64,000 nucleotides of DNA. It comes from an uncultured Vicinamibacteraceae bacterium (lineage in GTDB: Bacteria; Acidobacteriota; Vicinamibacteria; Vicinamibacterales; UBA8438). The notes under the pieces are model-generated. The model had not been told where the DNA came from, made no database searches, and saw only the letters and a program-made list of their open reading frames with translations. The DNA lies in the NCBI GenBank assembly GCA_964507425.1, contig CAZDQD010000112.1, positions 5,808 through 69,807 on the forward strand, written 5' to 3'. The stretch's first letter is position 1, and each line of letters opens with the position of its first letter. Positions 18,441 to 27,306 of this stretch are shown here, piece by piece. A program made the position numbers and the translations under genes.

Positions 18441-19217
18441 GTGCAGCCGTCGGATGAGAGGCTTCAAACCATACAAAATTATTGGAATGAGCGGATTCAT
18501 GATCTAGACATGACGACTCAGCCCATTGGCACACGAGAGTTTTTTGATGATCTGGATGATTATCGCTTCGACAAACTCCGATACCTGCCGAACCTAGTCG
18601 ACTTTAACGGGTATCGTGGTCGAGATCTACTTGAGGTTGGGTGTGGTATCGGCACGGATCTGCTCCGGTTTGCGCGGGGTGGTGCCAAGGTGACGGGGGT
18701 GGATTTAGCCCATCGCTCCATAGAGCTTGCGCAGGCGAACTTCCGTTTACACGACGATATTCCGTCTGCTTCCCTTCTCGTAGAGAATGGAGAAGCGTTG
18801 CCTTTTGATAGCGAAACTTTTGATGTCGTCTACGCGCATGGCGTCCTTCAATACACAGCAGATCCCCTGAAGATGATTTCTGAGTGTCACCGAGTTCTTC
18901 GGAGTGGCGGCGAAGCCATCTTTATGGTCTACAACAGGTATTCGTGGTTGTACGCATTATCAAAACTGACTGGTGTTGGCCTTGAGCATGCGGATGCGCC
19001 TGTTTTAAGCCTGTTTTCAAGATCGGAGTTTTTTCGGCTAGTTGAGAAATTCCCCGAGCGAAACATTATTGCCGATCGTTTTCCCGTTGCCTCTAGATTG
19101 CACCGCGGGTGGAAGGCGCTACTCTACAACGGTCTGTTTGTGCGGGCTTTTACTGTGTTGCCGGTCAGTTTGGTCAGACCAGTGGGTTGGCATCTGATGG
19201 CGTTTTGCCGAAAGTAA
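18441..19217 (+). CDS. Class I SAM-dependent methyltransferase
   Basis: Motif I LLEVGCGIGTD and a Methyltransf_11-like spacing (VVYAHGVLQY). GTG start; ATG 18510 is an alternative. Confidence 0.8.
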   Translation: MQPSDERLQTIQNYWNERIHDLDMTTQPIGTREFFDDLDDYRFDKLRYLPNLVDFNGYRGRDLLEVGCGIGTDLLRFARGGAKVTGVDLAHRSIELAQANFRLHDDIPSASLLVENGEALPFDSETFDVVYAHGVLQYTADPLKMISECHRVLRSGGEAIFMVYNRYSWLYALSKLTGVGLEHADAPVLSLFSRSEFFRLVEKFPERNIIADRFPVASRLHRGWKALLYNGLFVRAFTVLPVSLVRPVGWHLMAFCRK

Positions 19218-19218
19218 G

Positions 19219-20118
19219 TCAACGGCTATCTGATGTTACGTTTTCAATGTCGATACGAGTAAATGCCTTCTTGTCGAAGGGCAAAACTGCGGCTTGCATC
19301 AGATGATGCAATGACTTCAATAACAGGGCAATACGATGAGGCGCATGGCGCTCTATCGGATGGAGCCCTGTTTGTCGGGTAGAGTCAGTGTGGTGTTTGT
19401 TGGATGGGTCGTTCCAACGGGCGACGTAGTCACTTTGTCGTGGCGTGGCGACAAGGATTGGAGTTATTTCGACACGTTTAGCGATCACGCAGAGATAAGT
19501 CGGACGAAATGTTCGTAACTGAACGCGACCGCCAACAGAAGCCGGATCCGAAACCTCATACCATGTTGACGACGACGTTTCCGTTACATACATCCGGTCG
19601 ACTCTGAACCCATTGCTTTCTGAGAAAACGCGATAAAACAGTTCCGGGCTGAACTGGTAAAAGCCGTGTCCAGTCATGTTGTTGGCAGTGGTAACACACA
19701 GAAAGTGTCCACCGAGTGAAACCATTTGCATGCAGTTTCTAATGGCTGTTGGAAAATCAAAAACGTGTTCGAGTGTGCCCGCGTCGAGAACTACGCTAAA
19801 AGCATTATTGAGTTCTTGAGGCAATGAACCGTTAAGGTCGAAGATTTGCGATGCTCCTTCGTATTCGGAAGCATCAATCGACTCAGTACGAATCGCTCCT
19901 AGGAGCTCAAGGAAGGGTTCGCTGTACCCTGCAGCGTCGCGAAGAAGTCGTTGAGAGATCCCCTGGTCGGCCGGCAAGCCGAAAGTTCGTAAGCGGCGCT
20001 GAAGTGTGTGCTCAGCGATATAGAGTTGTTGGCGACCGATAGTGACGACCTGTTCAAAAGACACTCCGAGCTGTCGAGCAGCAAGTAAAAACTGTGTGGC
20101 TTTATCGTCGAGGCCCAT
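19219..20118 (-). CDS. Methyltransferase-fold protein with a degenerate motif I
   Basis: FSVVLDAGTLEHVFDF and GGHFLCVT resemble class I MTase motifs. The motif I region is VVTIGRQQ, not GxGxG. Confidence 0.55.
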   Translation of the reverse strand: MGLDDKATQFLLAARQLGVSFEQVVTIGRQQLYIAEHTLQRRLRTFGLPADQGISQRLLRDAAGYSEPFLELLGAIRTESIDASEYEGASQIFDLNGSLPQELNNAFSVVLDAGTLEHVFDFPTAIRNCMQMVSLGGHFLCVTTANNMTGHGFYQFSPELFYRVFSESNGFRVDRMYVTETSSSTWYEVSDPASVGGRVQLRTFRPTYLCVIAKRVEITPILVATPRQSDYVARWNDPSNKHHTDSTRQTGLHPIERHAPHRIALLLKSLHHLMQAAVLPFDKKAFTRIDIENVTSDSR

Positions 20119-20180
20119 CGATCTTCTGCGCTGTGAGCTATGGAGTTTAAACGGCGGCTATATCGTCGCCTCTTTCGCGG

Positions 20181-22100
20181 TCACTGTTGTTCCACAAAAA
20201 ATGGGGCAAAACCTCCAGTGGCCCCATCGATCGTTATCGTTTGATTGGTCGATGCACCCGTGAGTACACGGGTGGTTCCGTCCACAAAGTTTACTGTGAT
20301 ATCGACGGACGTGATGTCTCCCAGACCGACGTGTATTACGGGGTCATCCTGGCCGAGATAACCATTGTTGCTTCGACTTTCGCGAGTGGCCAAAGGCAGC
20401 GTGCCCGCACTGCCTGCCGCATAGACGAATATCTTGGCTCCAAAGGCTCCCGCTTGCCCCTGTGGTGAGAAGAGCTTGATCTTGATCCAGTTGCGAGAAC
20501 CGACGTCGTTTCGAATCAGCCAGTTTCGACTCCGTTTGACGCCAACAGCGAAATCTTGGTCTCCGTCATCATCGATATCAGCAAAGCCAATGGCTCTTGG
20601 GTCGTCAATTCCGCCGACTGGGACCGTTGGTCCTGGAGAGAATTCTCCTCCACCTTCATTAACGTAAACAACGTCATCACCGGCGAAAACCAAGTCAAGG
20701 TCTCCGTCATTGTCTAGGTCGGAGAACCCTCCCATGTAGCCATCGATGTCGATGAAGCTTCTTACAAATGCAAATGTTCCGGAGCCAATGTTGCGATAGA
20801 GGTGACCTATTGTGTCCCCGGATGAGGCAAGCCCCACTAAGAGCATATCAAGGTCGCTGTCATTGTCGATGTCAGCGGACGTTACACCACTGTAGGCTTG
20901 ATGAGTGATGCCCACGCTGTCAGGATTAACCAAGGTGAATGCACCGGTTCCATTGTTTCGAAGGATGACCAGGTCGCCATCACGATTCCCGGTAATCAGG
21001 TCGATATCACCATCTCCATCGAAGTCGGTATCGGTAACACCTTGGCCTGAGGGTGCTGTATAAGCTGCACCGGTCGAAATCGCCGTGAATGAAAAATCGC
21101 CGTCGTTTCGATAGAGTTCATTTCTTTCACTTGCTGGGTCCCCGCTTCCTAACCAGCCACTAACAGCAAAAAGATCGAGGTCTCCATCTTTATCCATGTC
21201 GAACGTTACGACGCCCCTAGTGCCCTCATTACGGCTAAGTAGGGCGGCTGGCGTGACGTCAGTAAAAGTGCCTCCGTCGTTTCGAAAAATATTGTTTGGA
21301 AGTCCAGTTCCAGTGGCGCCATTGAATAAGTCGTAGTCTCCGTCGTTATCAAGGTCAGCCCAGGCGCCGCCGTGGGAGCCGGCGTCAAAATCAGCGATAC
21401 CACGGGTAGCGCCTGACTCAAGGAATATGCCGCCACCTTGATTGACGAAAAACTGGTCGGCAACGGGATCGTTCCAGTTGGTTGTGATGTAGAGGTCAGG
21501 GCGTCCGTTGCCTGTTGCATCAGCGAACGCAGCACCATGTCCACCTAAAGGTATTGATGGAGGGCCGTTGATGCCTGCCGCGACTGTAATGTCAGTAAAA
21601 CTGAGTTGACCGGACGAACCAGCCGGTGGCAGAGGGGAGTCCGAGGTGCGGAAACTTACTAGAGAACTCCAGGGGCCTAACGCGCCATCAAGCTCGGCTC
21701 GTGCACGCCATTGGTAACGACGGCTATAGTCAAATGGACCGGTAAAACCATAAGCGGTGTTTGTGGTGCCGGCGGATACGAGTGACGATACAACCAATAT
21801 CGAGTCGTCGGTCACGTCGTACACCTCGAACTGGTAGTTGAAAATTGCCGTAGCGAATGTGCCTGTCGTATTGGTTACGTTAAGTGTGACGACTGACGGA
21901 AGCGTTTCATAAACGGCACCTTCAAGAGGAGAGAGTGGCAACGGCGCGCCTGCCTTCAGTGTAGCGTCTTGCGATCTTGGGTGGTTCTGTAACGCAACCA
22001 ATAAGCCGAAGACTACGAATAGAGTGCCTGGTCGAGAGTAATTCGATTTCAGTTTGATCAACAAAGCAGGGAAAGTATAGACCAGAGATTTCCTGAACAA
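20181..22100 (-). CDS. Secreted FG-GAP/VCBS-repeat protein with an ASPIC/UnbV-like C-terminus and an N-terminal FN3-like module
   Basis: Six DxDxDGDxD loops (DLDNDGDYDLF, DMDKDGDLDLF, DFDGDGDIDLI, DIDNDSDLDML, DLDNDGDLDLV, DIDDDGDQDF). The C-terminus has SNNGYLGQDDPVIHVGLG. The N-terminal module ends YQWRARAELDGALGPWSSLVSFRTS. Confidence 0.8.
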   Translation of the reverse strand: MFRKSLVYTFPALLIKLKSNYSRPGTLFVVFGLLVALQNHPRSQDATLKAGAPLPLSPLEGAVYETLPSVVTLNVTNTTGTFATAIFNYQFEVYDVTDDSILVVSSLVSAGTTNTAYGFTGPFDYSRRYQWRARAELDGALGPWSSLVSFRTSDSPLPPAGSSGQLSFTDITVAAGINGPPSIPLGGHGAAFADATGNGRPDLYITTNWNDPVADQFFVNQGGGIFLESGATRGIADFDAGSHGGAWADLDNDGDYDLFNGATGTGLPNNIFRNDGGTFTDVTPAALLSRNEGTRGVVTFDMDKDGDLDLFAVSGWLGSGDPASERNELYRNDGDFSFTAISTGAAYTAPSGQGVTDTDFDGDGDIDLITGNRDGDLVILRNNGTGAFTLVNPDSVGITHQAYSGVTSADIDNDSDLDMLLVGLASSGDTIGHLYRNIGSGTFAFVRSFIDIDGYMGGFSDLDNDGDLDLVFAGDDVVYVNEGGGEFSPGPTVPVGGIDDPRAIGFADIDDDGDQDFAVGVKRSRNWLIRNDVGSRNWIKIKLFSPQGQAGAFGAKIFVYAAGSAGTLPLATRESRSNNGYLGQDDPVIHVGLGDITSVDITVNFVDGTTRVLTGASTNQTITIDGATGGFAPFFVEQQ

Positions 22101-22147
22101 GCGCGTCGAGTGTTCGCCTAGACGCTTGTTAGTGGCAGCACAAGTAT

Positions 22148-23089
22148 CTATTCAAGGCCTTTCTTGGCACGCAGGTGAAGGTAGAGTCCTGGGAGTGTTC
22201 CGACTATACCGAGCAGTACTATGAGCGTTGACAACGCAAAAGACAGAGTGTCTGGAACGCCGGCAGGTTGGAAAAGCGAGACAATGACACCCTGGGGCAG
22301 ACCGACACCGGCTACTGAAATAGGAAGCATGAAAGCAAGCAGGCCGACAGGCATAAAGATGAGGTAGTAGGTGAGGTTTACGCCGAGACCGAGGCCGCTA
22401 CCGAGAAGAAAGATTTCAAAAATACGCAGTCCCTGAACAAGCACGGATTGACCCAGTACAGCTACTAAAACCAATGGACGTTTCCGGTAGTGTGCAATCC
22501 CATCGGCAGTCCGTAGTAGCCAGGTGCCGAGCCGACTCGTTTGCAATGAAACTGGTAGGAGCAGGCGAGTAGACAGGTCAGCCCAAAGGGCTAGGGTCAG
22601 GCCGCCCGCCGTTGCAACGGACAACCCGACTATCAAAGTTCTGTCCGAGAACAATGTTTCAACACTTCCAAGCGAAAGACCAACCAGTACGAGGACAATT
22701 AAAGCTGAAACTCCAAGCAGTCTATCAACGACTACGGAGGCTAGTGCTACGTGACTCTCGGTCGTGTGACGGGCAAGTGCGTATGCTCGGGTGACGTCTG
22801 TGCCACCAGTAGGTAGTGCGATCCCAATAAAAGAGGAAATGAAGAAAATACGAGCTGCAGCCCAGGTATTCACCACGGCGCCGGTAGACCGCAACAGAAG
22901 AAGCCAGCGGCTGATCATCGTTGCTCGTGCGGCTGTATCAACAATGAAGGCTGCGATAAGAAAGCGGACATCAATGGTGAAGACGGCATTTACAGCATCT
23001 CGCCAGTCTAGACGTCCCACAATGTAGGCGAGCACCGCGATACTAATCGTCGCTCTGAACCACAGGGATGAGACGAGTTTTGTAATCAC
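22148..23089 (-). CDS. MprF-flippase-like (lysylphosphatidylglycerol synthase TM region / UPF0104) membrane protein
   Basis: 313 aa with about 8 TM helices and the sequence style of the flippase-like domain family. ATGA overlap with the upstream methyltransferase. Confidence 0.6.
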   Translation of the reverse strand: MITKLVSSLWFRATISIAVLAYIVGRLDWRDAVNAVFTIDVRFLIAAFIVDTAARATMISRWLLLLRSTGAVVNTWAAARIFFISSFIGIALPTGGTDVTRAYALARHTTESHVALASVVVDRLLGVSALIVLVLVGLSLGSVETLFSDRTLIVGLSVATAGGLTLALWADLSTRLLLPVSLQTSRLGTWLLRTADGIAHYRKRPLVLVAVLGQSVLVQGLRIFEIFLLGSGLGLGVNLTYYLIFMPVGLLAFMLPISVAGVGLPQGVIVSLFQPAGVPDTLSFALSTLIVLLGIVGTLPGLYLHLRAKKGLE

Positions 23090-23832
23090 GAGCCTTGAAA
23101 GATGTGAGGACGGTCATCTTTTTTTGGTTTCCGTGCAACGAAGGCCAACGTCTCGAATAGATTTTTTCGCACTCTAAACAATAGCTCTTCTGTGCCGGTA
23201 TAGCGTGACAACGCATCGATGCCTGGCATGTTTACAAGAAGAGACCCTGCAGCTAGAAAATCTCTAGTGATGCCTGTTGCCGCCCCGATACTTCGGACAA
23301 CCTCTGAAATTTCAAACCCGCCGTCGTAAAGCAATTGACGTACGCGACGTTCAGTGGTGACAAAATTGTGCGTGTAATCAACGTCCCAGAAGAACGTCCG
23401 TTCTTTGAGATAGTCTGGTACCACAACAAACAGCACGCCGTTCGGGCGTAGCACTCGCAAAGCTTCGGAGACAAATAGTCGCGCATCATTTATGCCAGAC
23501 ATGTGTTCAAGAACCTGGTCAGCATAAATAACATCGCAACTTTCGTTCGCCTCCGGAAATGGTGGAACCCACGCTTCTGTGACACTAATCCCATTGCTAC
23601 GAAGTTTTTCGGCCAAGATGCCGCTGGCTTCGATAGCTCGATATGTCCAACCGGAATCAATGGCTAACTTACAGAGAGTTCCGTGGCCCGGTCCTATTTC
23701 AACCATTTCACCAGGGGGCGTGGTGTGGCGGCTTAGTAAGGCCAGACGTGATCGCTCGGTCCTATTTCGGCGGTCGTCACCAAATTGTGTCAGCGTGCGT
23801 TCGGAGAACGAGCGGTAAAAGGTATCTGCCAT
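23086..23832 (-). CDS. Class I SAM-dependent methyltransferase
   Basis: Motif I MVEIGPGHGT, then VIYADQVLEHM and LRPNGVLFVVVP. Confidence 0.8.
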   Translation of the reverse strand: MADTFYRSFSERTLTQFGDDRRNRTERSRLALLSRHTTPPGEMVEIGPGHGTLCKLAIDSGWTYRAIEASGILAEKLRSNGISVTEAWVPPFPEANESCDVIYADQVLEHMSGINDARLFVSEALRVLRPNGVLFVVVPDYLKERTFFWDVDYTHNFVTTERRVRQLLYDGGFEISEVVRSIGAATGITRDFLAAGSLLVNMPGIDALSRYTGTEELLFRVRKNLFETLAFVARKPKKDDRPHIFQGS

Positions 23833-23874
23833 AAAGCGGTTTACGCTGAGGACAGCTACATTAAACTCGACTTT

Positions 23875-25050
23875 TTACGGTGCTACCCAGGTTCCACCAA
23901 TAAAGCCATGGGCATCCCAGTGGATCTTGGGATTTGAACCCATAGCGCCAGAAACGATGTCGATACTGTAAGGGCGACCGTCTGAAGCTTTGTATGCAAC
24001 TGTATCCTTACCGAGTGGACCTGAAGTATTAATCCGACGCCCCCAATTGGCATCTTCGGCATTAAGTCGCTCAGCGACCTTTTGGGTGAAATCTCTTACG
24101 TCTACTGAGCCAGGATAGCCAATTTCGGCGCCGACTGACAGGGCAACTGAGAGACGATTTGGCGGTGGGCAACAAGAATATGTCCCAGAACCCCCAGTAG
24201 CGGGCGTAAAGAAATTAAAAGTCGCACTCCAACTGCTAACGACCTCACCAGCACTCAATAGTCCAGGACGCAGGGCCGTTTTGCCTTGACCGTCGTTGCG
24301 GCCGCGCACACGCCAAAAGTACTCGGTCGAAGCGGTAAGAGCCGTTTGTAGGGCTATATTGGTGTCCCCACGTGATCTTGCGTGCGTACCAACTTCCTGC
24401 ACGATCGTGCTGAACAGGTTATCTGTCGAAATCTGAATTTGATAAATCACTTCACCGACTGCTCCCTCATTCGTTCCATTAGTGACATTGAACACAGGCA
24501 ACAGGCTACTGACAGTGATTCCATTGATAGGTGAAGTCGGAATAGGAATTCCAACCGTATTAAGTGTTGATGTCGAAAATGATGCGTAGGCAGACCAGTC
24601 TCCGTAGACGCCATCAAATAGGGGACGAACCCGCCATTGGTAAGTGGAACTTGATGCGAGTTGTTCGGTGACTCGATAAGATGTTTTCCCTCCGCTGCTC
24701 GTCACCGTCGCCGTTTCAATAGCAGTATTCACTCCGCCGCTTATGCGTACGAGTTCAAATTCATGATCGTAAGTAATTCCTTGCTGGTGTGGGTTGCTGG
24801 CACTCACGGCGACAAGCATCGGCGACTGGCTCGCTACGACTGCATTATTGATGGGCGATTCTGGGGTCGCTGCTACCGTCTTAAGGCTAAGCCCTGTCGT
24901 TGTCGTTGCGCTTGTATTTCCTGCGGTTGTCGTCATCGCACTCGGCGCGACGGGTGAAGAGGCGCCGTCATCGCCACCGCATCCAACTGACAGGAAGGTG
25001 ATTAGAGTGAACGTTCGAAGTATGTTCAGGTGGTATGTATTTTTATGCAC
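23875..25050 (-). CDS. Lipoprotein with two FN3-like modules and an unassigned ~100-aa C-terminal domain (paralog B)
   Basis: Lipobox LSVGC. Modules end in YQWRVRP / YFWRVRG. The C-terminal CCPPPNR...HWDAHGFIGGTWVAP is about 75/100 identical to paralog A by hand count. GTG start. Confidence 0.75.
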   Translation of the reverse strand: MHKNTYHLNILRTFTLITFLSVGCGGDDGASSPVAPSAMTTTAGNTSATTTTGLSLKTVAATPESPINNAVVASQSPMLVAVSASNPHQQGITYDHEFELVRISGGVNTAIETATVTSSGGKTSYRVTEQLASSSTYQWRVRPLFDGVYGDWSAYASFSTSTLNTVGIPIPTSPINGITVSSLLPVFNVTNGTNEGAVGEVIYQIQISTDNLFSTIVQEVGTHARSRGDTNIALQTALTASTEYFWRVRGRNDGQGKTALRPGLLSAGEVVSSWSATFNFFTPATGGSGTYSCCPPPNRLSVALSVGAEIGYPGSVDVRDFTQKVAERLNAEDANWGRRINTSGPLGKDTVAYKASDGRPYSIDIVSGAMGSNPKIHWDAHGFIGGTWVAP

Positions 25051-25253
25051 GCTTGATTATTTGGAAGTAGTGTGGATGCCGATGTTACGAAGTAGTGAGG
25101 ATCATATCGAAAAATAAACGCACGTGCGAATACTGATATTGCCAGCTAGCAAGTGGACGTTTCGCTGTACTGCTGAGCGCGTGTGTTAAGATCGGCCGTT
25201 TTTCTTTCCTAGTCGACAAGGGCTGATGGAATCGGGGATGCTAGTTGAGCCAC

Positions 25254-26036
25254 ATGGGAGTTGCGTTGATCACTAAACGAGCGAAGGCGATATTGTTAGC
25301 GTGTGTTGGGTTTTCTCTCTGGCCGGCAGATACCGCCGCGCAAGCGACGCAGGACCAATGGCGTACTCTTCCTGCCCGTGTCTACATCAACATCAATGGA
25401 GGTTATCAGCAAGGAACAAGTTTTACGGAGCTTTTATCAGAGACTCTGTATGACGAGACTGCGACGTACACCTCAACCCATAGCATTCCAGACGGTACGT
25501 TTTTCGACGGTGCAGCAGGCGTTCGTTTTTGGAAGAACCTTGCTTTTGGGGTTGCCGTTTCATCCTCAAGCACGAGTGGCAGCGCGCAGGTCGTTGGTAA
25601 TGTCCCACATCCATTGTTTTACAGTCGTCCGAGGACGGTGACAGGTGACAGGCCTACGGTTGACCATCGGCAAACCGCCTACCATGGCCAGCTAACGTGG
25701 TTTGTGCCATTGACTGACAAGTTGGATGTCGCCATATCGGGAGGTCCTTCGATTTACTCGGTTGACCAGCAGGTGTTGAGTCAGGTTACGGTCAATAACA
25801 GTGGCGAACGCTACGATACAGCTTCGATTGCCCAAATGCTGAATAAGACAGCAAATGGCAGTGGATTTGGCGGTAATATCGGCTTTGACATTACGTATTT
25901 GTTCACGGATATGTTGGGCGGTGGACTCATGTTACGGTGGGGGAGCGGTTCCGTTGAACTCGGTTCCGCCACTAGTTCAAAATCTATTGAGGTAGGTGGA
26001 TTGCAGGTTGGCCTTGGTGCGAGGGTTCGGTTCTAA
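25254..26036 (+). CDS. Outer-membrane beta-barrel protein, paralog of 8767-9564
   Basis: Signal peptide ending DTAAQA. GFGGNIGFDITYLFTD compares with GFGGHVGFDITYMLTD in the paralog. C-terminus is GLGARVRF. ATG 25254 or TTG 25245. Confidence 0.7.
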   Translation: MGVALITKRAKAILLACVGFSLWPADTAAQATQDQWRTLPARVYININGGYQQGTSFTELLSETLYDETATYTSTHSIPDGTFFDGAAGVRFWKNLAFGVAVSSSSTSGSAQVVGNVPHPLFYSRPRTVTGDRPTVDHRQTAYHGQLTWFVPLTDKLDVAISGGPSIYSVDQQVLSQVTVNNSGERYDTASIAQMLNKTANGSGFGGNIGFDITYLFTDMLGGGLMLRWGSGSVELGSATSSKSIEVGGLQVGLGARVRF

Positions 26037-26079
26037 CCAATTCGGTTAGTCCAGTCAGGCGCCGGGCACGGGTTTCGAT

Positions 26080-27306
26080 GTGACGCGCGCACGACGCATT
26101 TTAATGCTCGCCCCAGAACCGTTTTTCGAGCCGCGGGGCACTCCTTTCAGTGAGTATCACCGGATAAAAGTGCTCGGTGAGCTCGGCTACAGTGTGGACC
26201 TAGTGACCTATCCATTTGGTCGCGATGTCCCCCTCCCGAATCTTCGTATTTTTCGTTCTCTACGGCCGCCATTTATCCGCGGCGTTCGGATTGGGCCATC
26301 CAAGGTTAAGTTACTTTTAGATTTGCTGCTGACGATAACAGCGATCAGATTAGCCTTAATCGGGCGTTATGACGCGATTCATTCTCACGAGGAAGCCGGT
26401 GTTCTGGGTGTAATACTCGCAAAGCTATTGGGCATTCCCCATTTGTATGACATGCATTCAAGTCTGCCTCAGCAACTAGAGAACTTCGCCTATACGCGAT
26501 CCCGGTTCGTGTGGCACCTATTCGATCGTGCTGAACGCATGATGGTGGGTCGTTCTCGTGTTGTGATCACAATCTGTCAAGAGTTGCAAGATGCTGTTGT
26601 CGCAGCTGGTGCCGGTGATAGGTCTTTCCTCATTGAAAACGTCATGGGTGGCGATATCGGAGAGGGGGAGACGACTGTTAGTCATTCGGAACTGAACGTC
26701 AGAGACCGTTATGGTATCGGTAAGGAACAGCCACTTATTCTGTACACGGGAACGTTTGAGGAATACCAAGGACTGGGACTTCTTCTGGAAGCAGCGGCAC
26801 AGTTATCACTTGTTCATTCGGATGCCCGTATCCTTATTGTTGGCGGTCGGCCAGAACAAGTTGAGGCTGCTCGTGCTCGTATGTCTGCTGGGCAGTCTAC
26901 GAGCGGAGTGGTTTTTGCGGGGCAGCGTCCACCCCAAGAAGTGCCGCATTTTATAGAGGCCTGCGATATTTTGGTTTCCCCGCGTATTTCTGGGACCAAT
27001 ACGCCGCTGAAGATCTATTCATATCTTCGTTCTGGTCGCCCCATTGTTGCCACAAACTTAAGGACACACACGCAGGTGCTCGCTCGTGATACGGCTTTAC
27101 TTGTTGAGCCGGAGGCGTCGGCTTTTGCGGCCGGCATACAGCGATTGATCGAAAATCCAGACGAAGCGACTGAAATCGCGATGGCAGCGTCAGCGGTCGC
27201 TAAGGAACGATACAGCCGACGGAGTTATATTGCGCGTACAGCGGAGGCATACCGCTTACTGCTTGGAAAAAACGCTTTGCCAAGTACGCTGAATGGTGAT
27301 TCATAG
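26080..27306 (+). CDS. Glycosyltransferase family 4 (GT-B)
   Basis: N-terminus RILMLAPEPFFEPRGTP and C-terminal GT1/GT4 region with LRSGRPIVATN. Confidence 0.8.
   Translation: MTRARRILMLAPEPFFEPRGTPFSEYHRIKVLGELGYSVDLVTYPFGRDVPLPNLRIFRSLRPPFIRGVRIGPSKVKLLLDLLLTITAIRLALIGRYDAIHSHEEAGVLGVILAKLLGIPHLYDMHSSLPQQLENFAYTRSRFVWHLFDRAERMMVGRSRVVITICQELQDAVVAAGAGDRSFLIENVMGGDIGEGETTVSHSELNVRDRYGIGKEQPLILYTGTFEEYQGLGLLLEAAAQLSLVHSDARILIVGGRPEQVEAARARMSAGQSTSGVVFAGQRPPQEVPHFIEACDILVSPRISGTNTPLKIYSYLRSGRPIVATNLRTHTQVLARDTALLVEPEASAFAAGIQRLIENPDEATEIAMAASAVAKERYSRRSYIARTAEAYRLLLGKNALPSTLNGDS

Noticed and set aside
15448-25050. Diversity-generating retroelement or cassette-switching explanation for the two paralogous lipoproteins
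   Set aside because: No reverse transcriptase, template repeat or invertase/recombinase gene is present. The conserved part is the C-terminal domain and the divergent part is spread over the whole N-terminal modules, not concentrated at adenine-specific positions.
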